The notes under the pieces were generated by a model that worked only from the letters and a program-made list of their open reading frames with translations, ran no database searches and was not told where the DNA came from. A DNA stretch of 64,000 bases from Alphaproteobacteria bacterium (lineage in GTDB: Bacteria > Pseudomonadota > Alphaproteobacteria > UBA9219). The translations under genes were made by a program, and so were the position numbers. Shown here in pieces: positions 27,926-38,453 of the stretch. Positions within the stretch are counted from its first letter, which is position 1. Each line of letters opens with the position of its first letter. The stretch is from NCBI GenBank assembly GCA_028690155.1, contig JAQVBU010000003.1, positions 24,438-88,437 on the forward strand, read 5' to 3'.

Positions 27926-30658
27926 TTAAAGAAGGCTTTTAATTTTGTAGAGAATATCTTGGGCTTGACGGGGATTGAGCGCGTCCGGATCAAGGGCCCG
28001 AAGAATAGCCTCGAGCTCGGGCGCGAGGATCATACGCGCCGCGGCCTGACGCGCCGTCTCATCGTACGACGGCAGGCTGTCAGCCACACCGGCTCCTGTT
28101 TTCCCTTCCTCATCCCGCTTGCTCTCCAACGCCGCTAAAACTTGCGCCGCGCGCGCCAACGCCGCTTCGGGAAGGCCGGCCATGCGGGCGACGTGGATGC
28201 CATAGGAACGATCCGCCACCCCTTCGATGACTTCGTGCAAAAAGACGATTTCGTTTTCCCATTCCTTGGTCTTCATCGTCGCGCAGTAAAGGGTGGGCAA
28301 ACGCCCCTTAAGCGCCGTCAGCTCATGATAATGGGTCGCGAACAGCGCCCGGCAGCCGTTGGTCTTTTGCAGGTATTCCAAAACAGCCCACGCAATCGAC
28401 AGACCATCATATGTTGCCGTGCCCCGGCCGATTTCGTCCAAAATCACAAACGATCGCGCTGTTGCCTGATTCAAGATCGCGGCCGTTTCGATCATCTCGA
28501 CCATAAACGTCGACCGCCCGGCCGCCAGATCGTCGGCCGCGCCCACCCGACTGAACAAACGGTCAACGACCCCAATGTGCGCCTCAGACGCCGGAACAAA
28601 GCTCCCCATCTGCGCCAAAAGCGCAATAAGAGCGTTTTGCCTCAAAAACGTCGATTTGCCGGCCATGTTCGGCCCTGTCAGGAGCCACAAACGGTGATCC
28701 GGCGCCAAGTCGCAATCGTTGGCGATAAACGCTGCATTCTGCCCGTTCTTGGCCAAGGCTTGCTCCACCACCGGGTGCCGCCCGCCCTTGATGCAAAAGG
28801 CCATGGATTGATCGACCGTCGGCCGGACGTAGTGCCGCTCGCAGGCCAACGCCGCCAAAGCCGCGTTAACATCGATGATCGCTAACGCTCGGGCTGTCTT
28901 CCGCAAAGCGTCAAGATGCGCCAACGTGTCTTGGACCAGCGTGTCGAAAAGCGTCAGCTCGACCGCCAGCGCCCTGTCCGCCGCTTCCGTAATCCGGCGC
29001 GCGAGCTCGGACAACTCGACCGTCGTAAAGCGTACCGACGACGCCAACGTCTGGCGGTGAATGAAGGTATCCGGATCGGAAAAAAGCTTGTCGGCATTCG
29101 TCGTGCTCACGTCGATATGATAGCCGATTATCTGGTTATGTTTGATCTTGAGCGATCCGATCCCCGTCTTGGCCGCGTATTTCTGCTGAAGGCCCGCGAT
29201 CAACCGCTTCCCGTCGTCGCGCAAGGTCACGATCTCGTCCAACTGAGCCGAAAAACCCCGCGCTATAAAATTCCCGTCCCGCGCCAGAAGCGGCAAATCG
29301 GGAACCAGCGCTCTTTCCAGAACGTCAATCAAAGCGCTGTGCTCGCCTAAACCGTCAATTTCCTGACTCAAGGCCTCGGGCACTCCGGAGGCGTTGATCA
29401 AAACGCTGCGAATCGCCTCGGCCTGACGCAACGCCTCGCGCGCCGCCGCCAGATCCCTCGGGCCGCCGCGCCCCAACGCCAACCGTGCCAAGGCGCGTTC
29501 AAGATCCGGCGTCTGCCTCAAAAGACCTTGAATCCCGTTTCGTTCCGGTTCCTGTGCCACGAAAAACGCCACGGTTCCAAGCCGCGCGTTGATCGCCGCA
29601 ACATCCGTAAGCGGCGCCGTGAGCCGCGACGCCAACAGCCGCGCGCCCGCGCCCGTTTGCGTTCGGTCGATCGAGGCCAGAAGACTCCCCTTCTTTTCGC
29701 CCGACAGCGTGCGCGTCAGCTCCAGATTACGCCGCGTCGAAGCGTCGATCGCCACCTGCCGCGCCGCCGCCTTGATGGGACGCGCGAAGTGCTTCAAGTC
29801 CGTCTTCTGCGTCAGGTCCACATAATCAAGAAGCGCTCCCATGGCCGCCGTTTCAGCCCGCGAGAAGTCGCCAAAAGCGCCCACATCGCTGACCCCGTAA
29901 AGAGCCAGAAGACGGCGCTCGGCGTTCGCGCTGTCGAATCGGCTGTTCGGCTGAGGCGCCACCCTTTCCGCCCATGGTTCGAGCAGCACGGCCACATCTT
30001 CATTTTCGACCAACCGCTGCGGCACCAAAATCTCGCTTGGTTCCACCTGCGCCAAAAGGCCCGGAAGATCGGACGGATTGACCTCCTGCGAAAAAAGCGT
30101 GCCGCCCACCAGATCGCACCAGGAAAACGCCAGCGTCTCGCCGACCAAGGTCAAACAAGCCAAATAATTCGTCTGCCGCGCGTCAAGCAGGCTGTCCTCC
30201 GTGACCGTGCCGGGCGTCATAATACGCACGACATCCCGCGTCACGATCGCCTTGCCGCCGCGCTTCTTGGCCTCTTCGGGGGATTCCTTTTGTTCGCAGA
30301 TGGCGACCCGAAATCCGGCCCGGATTAACTTGGCCACATAACTCTCGTACGCATGGGCCGGAACGCCGCACATCGGAACGTCCTTGCCTTGATACCGCCC
30401 CCGACGAGTCAACGCGATATCCAAAGCTTTCGACGCCTTGGCGGCATCGTCAAAGAACATTTCATAGAAATCGCCGAGCCTGAAAAACAGCAAACAATCC
30501 TTATGCTCTTTTTTAATATCGAAATACTGAGCCAAAAGCGGGGTCGCTTTTTGGGTCGTTTTTTCGTCGTCAGACAGTTCCGGCAAAAAAGAAGCTTGGC
30601 GAAAAGCGGGGGGCGTCGACATAGATTGATCCGAAAAACATAGGGTTATCTGCGCCAA
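27926..30658 (-). CDS. mutS: DNA mismatch repair protein MutS
   Basis: A 910-aa product with Walker A GPNMAGKSTFLRQ, the mismatch-binding N-terminus FFRLGDFYEMF and TATYDG. Confidence 0.95.
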   Translation of the reverse strand: MAQITLCFSDQSMSTPPAFRQASFLPELSDDEKTTQKATPLLAQYFDIKKEHKDCLLFFRLGDFYEMFFDDAAKASKALDIALTRRGRYQGKDVPMCGVPAHAYESYVAKLIRAGFRVAICEQKESPEEAKKRGGKAIVTRDVVRIMTPGTVTEDSLLDARQTNYLACLTLVGETLAFSWCDLVGGTLFSQEVNPSDLPGLLAQVEPSEILVPQRLVENEDVAVLLEPWAERVAPQPNSRFDSANAERRLLALYGVSDVGAFGDFSRAETAAMGALLDYVDLTQKTDLKHFARPIKAAARQVAIDASTRRNLELTRTLSGEKKGSLLASIDRTQTGAGARLLASRLTAPLTDVAAINARLGTVAFFVAQEPERNGIQGLLRQTPDLERALARLALGRGGPRDLAAAREALRQAEAIRSVLINASGVPEALSQEIDGLGEHSALIDVLERALVPDLPLLARDGNFIARGFSAQLDEIVTLRDDGKRLIAGLQQKYAAKTGIGSLKIKHNQIIGYHIDVSTTNADKLFSDPDTFIHRQTLASSVRFTTVELSELARRITEAADRALAVELTLFDTLVQDTLAHLDALRKTARALAIIDVNAALAALACERHYVRPTVDQSMAFCIKGGRHPVVEQALAKNGQNAAFIANDCDLAPDHRLWLLTGPNMAGKSTFLRQNALIALLAQMGSFVPASEAHIGVVDRLFSRVGAADDLAAGRSTFMVEMIETAAILNQATARSFVILDEIGRGTATYDGLSIAWAVLEYLQKTNGCRALFATHYHELTALKGRLPTLYCATMKTKEWENEIVFLHEVIEGVADRSYGIHVARMAGLPEAALARAAQVLAALESKRDEEGKTGAGVADSLPSYDETARQAAARMILAPELEAILRALDPDALNPRQAQDILYKIKSLL

Positions 30659-30757
30659 GGTAGCCTATTTCCTAGGCGCACAAAAGGGGCGTTTGTTAAG
30701 AATTAACCAAGAAAGGCCCCCTTTTCTTCGTCTCTCGCCATGATATAACCCTTTTTC

Positions 30758-31171
30758 ATGATCATCGGCATCGGCAGCGACCTGACAAACATCGACCGCA
30801 TCGACACCACGCTGAAACGTTTCGGAAATCGTTTCGTTCAGAGGGTCTTTACGCCTGTCGAACAGGCCAAAGCCGCCAAGCGCGTTCGAAAAGCCGAAAC
30901 CTACGCCAAACGCTTCGCCGCCAAGGAAGCTTGCTGCAAGGCCTTGGGGACCGGGTTCTATCGAGGCGTGTTTTTTCGCGATATAGGCGTTGTGAATCTT
31001 AGGTCAGGCCAGCCAACCTTGGCTCTTTCGGGCGGCGCCTTGGAACGTCTTCAGGAACTGACGCCTCCCGGGATGACGGTCAAGATCCACCTCACTCTTA
31101 CCGACGATTCGCCGTGGGCCCAAGCGTTTGTCGTGATCGAAGCCCTAGAGCCGATCGTGATATCGCGATAA
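30758..31171 (+). CDS. acpS: Holo-[acyl-carrier-protein] synthase
   Basis: [15 protein letters not shown]...[12 protein letters not shown]. Confidence 0.9.
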   Translation: MIIGIGSDLTNIDRIDTTLKRFGNRFVQRVFTPVEQAKAAKRVRKAETYAKRFAAKEACCKALGTGFYRGVFFRDIGVVNLRSGQPTLALSGGALERLQELTPPGMTVKIHLTLTDDSPWAQAFVVIEALEPIVISR

Positions 31172-31220
31172 GGAGAGCTTTTACCGCCCGTGCAAAAAGC
31201 CGCCCTAACGTGAAAAGGCT

Positions 31221-31769
31221 CTAGAACGATAGCTCGGGAACGTCCTCGCCGCGAGCCAACGCTTCGCTGATCGGGAGAAACGTCTTGACCACGCAGTCGT
31301 AAACAGGCCGCTTAAACGAGACGATCATTTCGGGCGTCTCTTGAAGCGCGGCCCACCGCCACGCAATGAATTCGGGGCTTTCCGGTTCGTTCTTTCCTGA
31401 AAGATCGATATCCTGATCGCAGCCCAGAAACTTCAGGGCGAACCAATCCTGCCTTTGGCCACGGTACTTTCCGTGGAAAACGCGCCCGCCCGGCTCCAAC
31501 CGCCGATTTTGCAGCCAATCGGGAAATTCATAAAACAACGAATCAGAAACCCTCCCCACAAGGCAGGCATGGTTCGTTCCGATTTCTTCCTTCATTTCCC
31601 GAAAAACGGCCCGGCGGGGATCCTCTCCCTTTTGCACGCCCCCTTGAGGCATCTGCCATGCGCCGCGCTTGTCCCGGCGCTCGGCCACCAGAACATGTCC
31701 CTGTGTGTTGAAAAGACATACGCCAACACCGTAACGGTACGGCAAACTATGGAAGTCAAACCCTGTCAT
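31221..31769 (-). CDS. rppH: RNA pyrophosphohydrolase (Nudix)
   Basis: Nudix box GGVQKGEDPRRAVFREMKEEIG. Confidence 0.85.
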   Translation of the reverse strand: MTGFDFHSLPYRYGVGVCLFNTQGHVLVAERRDKRGAWQMPQGGVQKGEDPRRAVFREMKEEIGTNHACLVGRVSDSLFYEFPDWLQNRRLEPGGRVFHGKYRGQRQDWFALKFLGCDQDIDLSGKNEPESPEFIAWRWAALQETPEMIVSFKRPVYDCVVKTFLPISEALARGEDVPELSF

Positions 31770-31771
31770 CG

Positions 31772-32833
31772 TTACTTAACCACCGAACTTAAAGGAACCA
31801 AAGCTATACCACGATCCGGAAGAGACCGCATCCACGTTTGAAGCTTGTGAAGCATAAGCGGCGTGGCCGTCGTAACCCCGATGGCAAAACCCTTCTGGCG
31901 CGCCGTTTTTTCAAGGCCGTCAAAAGCAAGATCGATTGAATCGGGATCGAGGTTGACGTCCAGCCTCTGCGTAGCCTCCGCGACAGGCACGCCAGCCCGA
32001 AGAGCCATGTCGGTCATAACCCCATGCGGAACCATGCGCGTGTCCAAAAGCATAAGGCCGCGCTGTTTCAGCTCTTGCAGGATGATCCTGAAGCGTTCCG
32101 GATCTGTCGCGAAGCGAGAGCCATAGATCATGGTCACACCGATATACCCCGTCGCATGGCGAAGGGCCTTAAGAAGCCGAATCATGTTTTCGCTATTCGG
32201 CAAATTGCTGAGCAAGGTATCGGGGCCCGGGTCGCTGCTTGGATAATCGAACGGCTCAACCGGGATCTGAAGCAAAATCTCATGCCCGTCCTGCCGCGCT
32301 CGGCCGCCCCACGCCCCCACCACGGGTCCCTGCGAATTAAAAGCAAGCGTCACCACGGGGGGAAGCTGGGTAATGGCCTGATCCGTAATCAGCTTTGAAA
32401 GGCCAAGGTCCAAAACAACAATCGCAATACGTGGACGCTTGTCCGCCGTGTTGTAGGGGCGTGCATAAACTTGCCAGGGCTGGGCTCCGGATTCGCTGAT
32501 CTTGGGGAGGCTCCCCTCCTCCGTATCCTCGGTGACACGAATATCCGGCGCCGGAAGCAAGCGAATGCTTCGATCATTCTGATCGTTAAGCGCCGGCGCA
32601 TGGGGCAAAGAGGCCATCAGCATCGCATCGGCAAGATCGGTATACGCCGCGTTATTGAGCGTCGTGCCGCTCGTCAAGGGCGCATAGCGTTGACCATAGA
32701 ACCATGCCGACGGCAAAACGACGAGCGCAAAAAGCACCGTCGTCACAAAAAGCTTCAAATTGCGGGGATACCGCGCCAAAAACGTCTCGCGACGCGGCGG
32801 AAGCTTGGAGATATCGTAGTCGCGGGTGACCAT
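31772..32833 (-). CDS. Divergent polysaccharide deacetylase family protein (YibQ-like)
   Basis: An N-terminal TM helix. The central and C-terminal pattern (IAIVVLDLG..., GYIGVTMIYGSRF, LMLLDTR) resembles the YibQ family. Confidence 0.55.
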   Translation of the reverse strand: MVTRDYDISKLPPRRETFLARYPRNLKLFVTTVLFALVVLPSAWFYGQRYAPLTSGTTLNNAAYTDLADAMLMASLPHAPALNDQNDRSIRLLPAPDIRVTEDTEEGSLPKISESGAQPWQVYARPYNTADKRPRIAIVVLDLGLSKLITDQAITQLPPVVTLAFNSQGPVVGAWGGRARQDGHEILLQIPVEPFDYPSSDPGPDTLLSNLPNSENMIRLLKALRHATGYIGVTMIYGSRFATDPERFRIILQELKQRGLMLLDTRMVPHGVMTDMALRAGVPVAEATQRLDVNLDPDSIDLAFDGLEKTARQKGFAIGVTTATPLMLHKLQTWMRSLPDRGIALVPLSSVVK

Positions 32834-32921
32834 TGAGAAGAAACCACTCCTCCTGAAGAGGAAACGACTTTAAAACATTTCCGTCCAAGACCAAATCTTT
32901 TTTAACGAAAACAAAGGACGA

Positions 32922-34280
32922 TCAATTCGTCAAACTCCGCACCGGAGCCGGGATGCGCCCGCCGCGCGCCACAAAAGCCTCAGCCCCGAATGTGTTGACG
33001 GCCATGACGGGGCAATGCCCTAAAAGCCCACCAAATTCAACGTCGTCCCCGACCTTTTTACCCGGCACCGGGATCAACCTCACGGCCGTGGTTTTGTTGT
33101 TGATCATGCCAATGGCCGCTTCGTCCGCCAAAATGGCCGAAAGCGTCGCCGCGCTCGTTGTGCCGGGAACCGCGATCATGTCGAGACCCACCGAACATAC
33201 GCACGTCATGGCCTCGAGCTTTTCCAAAGACAAGCAACCGCAAGCAACGGCATCGATCATGCCCGCATCCTCGCTGACGGGAATGAACGCCCCACTGAGC
33301 CCGCCGACGTGCTGAGCCGCCATCAAACCGCCTTTTTTGACCGCGTCGTTCAAAAGAGCCAGCGCAGCCGTTGTCCCGGGCGCGCCGCACCGCTCAAGCC
33401 CCATTTCCTCAAGAATGTGCGCCACACTGTCCCCGATCGCCGACGTCGGCGCCAACGATAAATCCACAATGCCCATGCTCACACCCAACCGCTTCGACGC
33501 CTCTTGAGCGACCAATTGGCCAACGCGCGTCACTTTGAATGCCGTCCGCTTGATCGTTTCGGCTACCGTATCAAACGGCGCACCCTGCACGCTTTCCAAA
33601 GCTCTTTTGACAACGCCGGGCCCGCTGACGCCGACATTGACGACGCATTCGCCCTCCCCGACGCCATGGAACGCCCCGGCCATAAAGGGATTGTCCTGAA
33701 CCGCGTTGGTAAAAACAACAAGCTTAGCGCATCCGATCGCACCCCGATCCGCCGTCAACGCGGCCGTCCGCTTGATCGTCTCGCCCATTTGCCGGATCGC
33801 ATCCATATTCAAGCCGGATTTCGTCGTCCCGACGTTAACCGAAGCACATACGCTTTCGGTCCTTGCTAAGGCTTCGGGAATCGAGGCGATAAGGCGTGTG
33901 TCGCCCCTCGTCTCGCCTTTGTCCACCAAGGCCGAAAAGCCACCGATAAAATTAATCCCGAGATCACGTGCGGCGCGGTCCATGGTTTCGGCCACGGGGA
34001 CAAGTGTATCCGTCTTGCACCCCTCCGCGACAAGAGCGATGGGCGTGACGGACACCCGTTTGTTGATAACCGGAACGCCGTATTCGGTTTCGATCGCCAC
34101 GCCGACCGCCACAAGATCTTTCGCACACCGCGTAATTTTGTCGTAAATTTTTTGACAAAAAGCCTTAAGGTCCGGATCAACGCAATCGCGCAAACTTATA
34201 CCCATGGTGATCGTGCGCACGTCCAGCTTGTTTTGTTCGATCATCCGGTTGGTTTCAAAAATCTCATCCCGCCACAGCAT
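32922..34280 (-). CDS. UPF0210 (DUF711) family protein
   Basis: A 452-aa product starting [30 protein letters not shown]. It is paired with the adjacent ACT-domain gene as in the UPF0210/UPF0237 two-gene module. Confidence 0.65.
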   Translation of the reverse strand: MLWRDEIFETNRMIEQNKLDVRTITMGISLRDCVDPDLKAFCQKIYDKITRCAKDLVAVGVAIETEYGVPVINKRVSVTPIALVAEGCKTDTLVPVAETMDRAARDLGINFIGGFSALVDKGETRGDTRLIASIPEALARTESVCASVNVGTTKSGLNMDAIRQMGETIKRTAALTADRGAIGCAKLVVFTNAVQDNPFMAGAFHGVGEGECVVNVGVSGPGVVKRALESVQGAPFDTVAETIKRTAFKVTRVGQLVAQEASKRLGVSMGIVDLSLAPTSAIGDSVAHILEEMGLERCGAPGTTAALALLNDAVKKGGLMAAQHVGGLSGAFIPVSEDAGMIDAVACGCLSLEKLEAMTCVCSVGLDMIAVPGTTSAATLSAILADEAAIGMINNKTTAVRLIPVPGKKVGDDVEFGGLLGHCPVMAVNTFGAEAFVARGGRIPAPVRSLTN

Positions 34281-34292
34281 GAATTTTTCTCC

Positions 34293-34562
34293 CTAAATGC
34301 GATGCATGGCGTTGAAAATGTCTTCGTGCTGAATCTTCACATCGACCCCCAGCGCGCGACCAACGTCGGCCAACTTCTTCTGAAGAGCGTCCAGAGGAAG
34401 CGTGGCTCGTTGCATATCGGCGATCATAACCATATTAAAAAAACCGTTCATAATATTTTGATTGATGTCCATGATGTTGACCTCGGCCTCGGCCAACGCG
34501 GTGCTGATCTTGGCCACAATGCCGATGCGGTCTTGCCCGATAATGGTGACGACGATTTTCAT
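34293..34562 (-). CDS. ACT-domain protein (UPF0237 family)
   Basis: MKIVVTIIGQDRIGIVAKISTALAEAEVNIMDINQ. An 89-aa ACT fold. Confidence 0.7.
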   Translation of the reverse strand: MKIVVTIIGQDRIGIVAKISTALAEAEVNIMDINQNIMNGFFNMVMIADMQRATLPLDALQKKLADVGRALGVDVKIQHEDIFNAMHRI

Positions 34563-34649
34563 AGCAGACCTCTTCGCGCGAAAAACAAGGTTCGTTTTTC
34601 ACGCTTAACATAGAATCCGTCTTTTTTCTAGAAAGGCTCGGCTATCGGA

Positions 34650-35273
34650 TCAAGCCGACGTGTCAAGGTGAGGCGCATCGGCCTCGCCGCCCTTGGCCAC
34701 GGCGACCAACGCCTCGCGCAATAAGCGGCCATGAATGGTATAGCCTTGTTGCAAAACTTGAACCACCGTTCCCGGCCTTTTGTCCGTTCCCTCGACTTCG
34801 GTCATGACCCGATGAAAATTTGGGTCGTAAGGCTTGCCCAGAGGGTCCATCGGCTTGATCCCAAAGCGTTCAAGCGTCGCCAGCAACTGACGTTCGGTCG
34901 CATCGATGCCGACAATAAGATTTTTCATGGCCGGATCCAGCCCCTCACCCGGCACCGCTTCAAGCGCCCGCCGGAAATTGTCCGAAACGCCTAAAAGTTC
35001 CTTAGCAAAGGCCGAAATCGCATACTTTGAAACGTCTTCCTTGTCCTTTTGCGCGCGCCGACGCGCGTTTTCGGCATCGGCCATTTCGCGCAAAATCCGT
35101 TCTTTAGCCTTGGCCAATTGTTCCTCAAGCTCGGCCATGCGCTGCTCAGGCGTCGACGTCGCGGGCTTTTCGGAAAGCGCCGCGTGCGTTTCTTGACCTG
35201 TTTCTTCCACAAGATCGGAAGAATCTTCCATTTTTTCAACAGGTTGTTCCGTCTCGATGTCCGATGTCGTCAT
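34650..35273 (-). CDS. grpE: Nucleotide exchange factor GrpE
   Basis: Coiled-coil motif MADAENARRRAQKDKED...FAKELL and a C-terminal beta domain. Confidence 0.9.
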   Translation of the reverse strand: MTTSDIETEQPVEKMEDSSDLVEETGQETHAALSEKPATSTPEQRMAELEEQLAKAKERILREMADAENARRRAQKDKEDVSKYAISAFAKELLGVSDNFRRALEAVPGEGLDPAMKNLIVGIDATERQLLATLERFGIKPMDPLGKPYDPNFHRVMTEVEGTDKRPGTVVQVLQQGYTIHGRLLREALVAVAKGGEADAPHLDTSA

Positions 35274-35326
35274 TGTTTCGGGTGCCTTCTTCTTTTTTTA
35301 CATGCCGTGGGATATCGTCCTAAACA

Positions 35327-35356
35327 AGATTGGGAGTTTTTCCGAAAAATCAAGGG
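35327..35356 (-). promoter_or_regulatory. Candidate RpoH (sigma-32)-type heat-shock promoter for grpE
   Basis: On the minus strand: CCTTGATTT, then a 12-13 nt spacer, then CCCAATCT. This fits CTTGAAA-N13-14-CCCCATNT and lies about 60 nt upstream of the grpE start. Confidence 0.35.
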
Positions 35357-35404
35357 GCTTTTTCCTTTGACATGGAAATGGGATGCTCTTTCGTTTAACT
35401 TACC

Positions 35405-36775
35405 TTGCTTGGATGTTTTTCCGTTCAGAATATTATGACCCTTTCTCACAAATTAGTCTCCAAAACAAGCCGTGGGTTGTGCGGCACGCTGACCCCTCCC
35501 GGAGATAAAAGCATCTCGCACCGCAGCCTTATTTTCGGAAGCCTTGCCGAAGGAACGTCAACCGTTCGGGGCCTTTTGGAAAGCGCCGATGTCATGGGCA
35601 CGATGGGCGCCCTGCGCGCTATGGGCGCGTCCTTTCGCAAAAAGGAAGGAGAGGACCTTTGGCTCATTGACGGGGTAGGTCTCGACGGTCTGCGCGCCCC
35701 CGAATCGCCGATGGATCTCGGCAACAGCGGCACGTCCGCACGGCTTCTTATCGGCCTTGTCGCCGGGCTTCCCTTCTCCGCCTCTTTTACAGGGGACGCG
35801 TCGTTACAAAAAAGACCTATGAGCCGCGTCATTGAGCCTCTGTCCCAAATGGGTGCCTCCTTCGAAAGTCTCGACGAACGACTTCCGCTTACCGTCAAAG
35901 GAACGGCCTCGTTGCGCCCCATGACCTACACGCTCCCCGTGGCCTCGGCTCAGGTCAAATCCGCCATTCTTCTGGCGGGCCTTCATACCGAAGGCGTTAC
36001 CTCTGTTATCGAGCCCGAACCGACGCGCGACCATTCGGAAAACATGCTTCGCGCTTTTGGCGCTTCAATTCACATCGAGAAAAACGCTCTCGGCCAAGAC
36101 GTCATCGCGTTGACCGGAAGGCCTTCCCTTGCCGCGCAGAATATCGTTATTCCTGCCGATCCCAGCTCGGCCGCTTTTCCTTTGGTCGCCGCGCTTCTGG
36201 TCCCCGAAAGCCGCGTCACGCTAAGACACGTGGGACTGAATCCTCGACGCGCCGGCTTGATCGAGGTTCTTTTGGCCATGGGCGCCAAAATTGACATCGC
36301 CGACCAGCATCTCGAAGGCGGCGAGCCGGTAGCGGATTTAACGGTCGAATCGAGCGAACTCCACAGCCTTGACGTCCCCGCTAGCCAAGCCCCTCGCATG
36401 ATCGACGAATATCCTATCCTTGCCGTGGCGGCTGCCTGCGCCAAGGGACGGACCCATCTGCGCGGTCTTCATGAACTGCGCGTCAAGGAAAGCGACCGCT
36501 TGGATCTTATGGCGCGCGGACTGGCCCGCTGTGGCGCCGATGTTGTTGTCGAAGGCGACGACCTGATCGTCACCGGAACGGGGGCCCCTCCCCCAGGAGG
36601 GGTTTTGATTGATACGGCCATGGATCATCGCATCGCCATGAGCTTCCTTGTCCTTGGGCTTTGTGCCCCCCATCCGGTCGCGATCGACGACAGCCGGTTC
36701 ATCGCGACAAGCTTTCCCTCTTTCGTTTCCATGATGAACGCCTTAGGAGCCTCTATCGACACGCCTTCCTCTTGA
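35405..36775 (+). CDS. aroA: 3-phosphoshikimate 1-carboxyvinyltransferase (EPSP synthase)
   Basis: LCGTLTPPGDKSISHRSLIFGSLAEGTSTVRGLLESADV. The true start is possibly the ATG at 35435. Confidence 0.9.
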   Translation: MLGCFSVQNIMTLSHKLVSKTSRGLCGTLTPPGDKSISHRSLIFGSLAEGTSTVRGLLESADVMGTMGALRAMGASFRKKEGEDLWLIDGVGLDGLRAPESPMDLGNSGTSARLLIGLVAGLPFSASFTGDASLQKRPMSRVIEPLSQMGASFESLDERLPLTVKGTASLRPMTYTLPVASAQVKSAILLAGLHTEGVTSVIEPEPTRDHSENMLRAFGASIHIEKNALGQDVIALTGRPSLAAQNIVIPADPSSAAFPLVAALLVPESRVTLRHVGLNPRRAGLIEVLLAMGAKIDIADQHLEGGEPVADLTVESSELHSLDVPASQAPRMIDEYPILAVAAACAKGRTHLRGLHELRVKESDRLDLMARGLARCGADVVVEGDDLIVTGTGAPPPGGVLIDTAMDHRIAMSFLVLGLCAPHPVAIDDSRFIATSFPSFVSMMNALGASIDTPSS

Positions 36776-36807
36776 CCCGAGGCGCGTCTCTCGGCATCTT
36801 CTCATCC

Positions 36808-37815
36808 ATGATCCAGCCTTCGCCCTCTCCTATCGATCACGCGGCCGTCCGTATTCTGGCGCAAGTCCTTTCTACGCTTTTACTCCTTCTGATCTTTGTT
36901 CCGGCACTTCTGTCGCTTGCCCTTTTTGCTGAAGGCCCCAACACGGAAGAAAAAACCTTTATCGTCGAACGCGGCTTGTCTGCCGTCACGATCGGTCGTC
37001 AACTCGAAAAACAAAACCTCGTGCTCAACGCGTCCCTTTTCCGCGTCGCCTCGCGGCTTGTCGGCTCCTTGAAAGCCGGCGAATACGCACTTCCTCCCAA
37101 GGCCAGCGCTTTTGCCATCGCCAAAATCTTAAACGAAGGCCACTCCGTCGTTCGCACCTTTACCGCCGTTGAGGGGCTTACCTCCGCCGATATCGTGGCG
37201 CTTCTCAATCAAGCCCCGGCGCTAACCGGATCTGTTGACTCCATTCCGGACGAAGGCTCTCTTTTGCCCGAAACCTATCGCTATACGTACGGCGATACCC
37301 GTGAAAGCGTTTTGGCGCGCATGCAGACGGCCCTGCAAGAAAAACTCGACGCTTTATGGTCCGAACGCGAGCAGGCCCTTCCTCTTAAAAGCTCCCATGA
37401 CGCCATCGTCTTAGCCTCGATCATTGAGAAAGAAACCGGCAAGGCCGAAGAACGCCCCCGCATTGCCGGCGTTTTTTACAATCGCTTGGAGCGGCCCATG
37501 CGGCTGCAATCCGATCCGACGGTTATCTACGCGTTGACGAAAGGGCTCAAGCCGCTTGATCGCGCCTTGACTCGTAAGGATCTAACCGTTCACTCCCCCT
37601 TTAATACCTATGTTCACGACGGGCTCCCCCCCGAACCTATTTGTAATCCTGGGGCGGCCTCGTTAAACGCCGCGCTGCATCCTGAACACCACACTTTTCT
37701 TTACTTTGTGGCGGATGGAAATGGCGGGCATACGTTTTCTTCGTCTCTGGCCGAGCACAACAAAAATGTGACGACTTGGCTGAAAGCCTTACGCCAGAAA
37801 GGAAAGGCACCGTAG
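36808..37815 (+). CDS. mltG: Endolytic murein transglycosylase MltG (YceG-like)
   Basis: An N-terminal TM helix and the YceG pattern (GEYALPPKASA, KETGKAEERPRIAGVFYNRL, IPTHSP-like). The start was chosen at the ATG at 36808, after the aroA stop. Confidence 0.8.
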   Translation: MIQPSPSPIDHAAVRILAQVLSTLLLLLIFVPALLSLALFAEGPNTEEKTFIVERGLSAVTIGRQLEKQNLVLNASLFRVASRLVGSLKAGEYALPPKASAFAIAKILNEGHSVVRTFTAVEGLTSADIVALLNQAPALTGSVDSIPDEGSLLPETYRYTYGDTRESVLARMQTALQEKLDALWSEREQALPLKSSHDAIVLASIIEKETGKAEERPRIAGVFYNRLERPMRLQSDPTVIYALTKGLKPLDRALTRKDLTVHSPFNTYVHDGLPPEPICNPGAASLNAALHPEHHTFLYFVADGNGGHTFSSSLAEHNKNVTTWLKALRQKGKAP

Positions 37816-38453
37816 TGTCCATTGCCTTGCGCCTTGCCGCCCTTCGTCCCAAACTTGGGCAGGCAACCTTGATTGCCGTAAGCAAAACACACCCTCTTGA
37901 ATCCGTCCGGGAAGCCCTGAACGCCGGGCAACGCGTTTTCGGCGAAAACCGCGTTCAGGAGGCGCTGAAAAAATTCGTCCCCCTTCGGCAGGATTTCGAC
38001 GATATCGAGCTGCACCTGATCGGCCCCCTCCAAACCAATAAAGCGCAAACAGCCGTTGAACTTTTCGATGTCATCCAAACGCTCGACAGGCCCGCGCTTG
38101 CCGAAGCTCTGGCCAAAGCCAGCGCTAAGTCTGGGAAACGCCCACGTCTTTATATCGAGGTCAACATAGGCCAAGAACCTCAGAAAGCGGGCGTTGGGCC
38201 TGACGAAACCGAAGCGTTTCTCTCGCTTTGCCGCAACACGTACGCCCTGTCCGTTTCAGGCTTGATGTGTATTCCCCCTTTAGGCAAGGAGCCTCGGTCT
38301 TATTTTGAGGCCTTGAAGGCCTTGGCCAACCATTTGGCTCTGTCCCATATCAGCATGGGAATGAGCGCCGATTTTGAAACGGCCATCGCCTGCGGCGCAA
38401 CCGAGGTTCGTTTAGGCACCGCCCTCTTTGGCCATCGATCGCCTCGCGCCTAA
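37815..38453 (+). CDS. yggS: PLP homeostasis protein YggS
   Basis: IAVSKTHPLESVREALNAGQRVFGENRVQE. A GTG start overlapping the mltG stop gives a canonical N-terminus. The track ORF begins at 37776. Confidence 0.8.
   Translation: MSIALRLAALRPKLGQATLIAVSKTHPLESVREALNAGQRVFGENRVQEALKKFVPLRQDFDDIELHLIGPLQTNKAQTAVELFDVIQTLDRPALAEALAKASAKSGKRPRLYIEVNIGQEPQKAGVGPDETEAFLSLCRNTYALSVSGLMCIPPLGKEPRSYFEALKALANHLALSHISMGMSADFETAIACGATEVRLGTALFGHRSPRA

Noticed and set aside
28142..30328. Plus-strand ORFs 28142..28885 and 29528..30328 inside mutS
   Set aside because: Antisense to mutS. Arg-rich low-complexity translations typical of GC-rich antisense frames.
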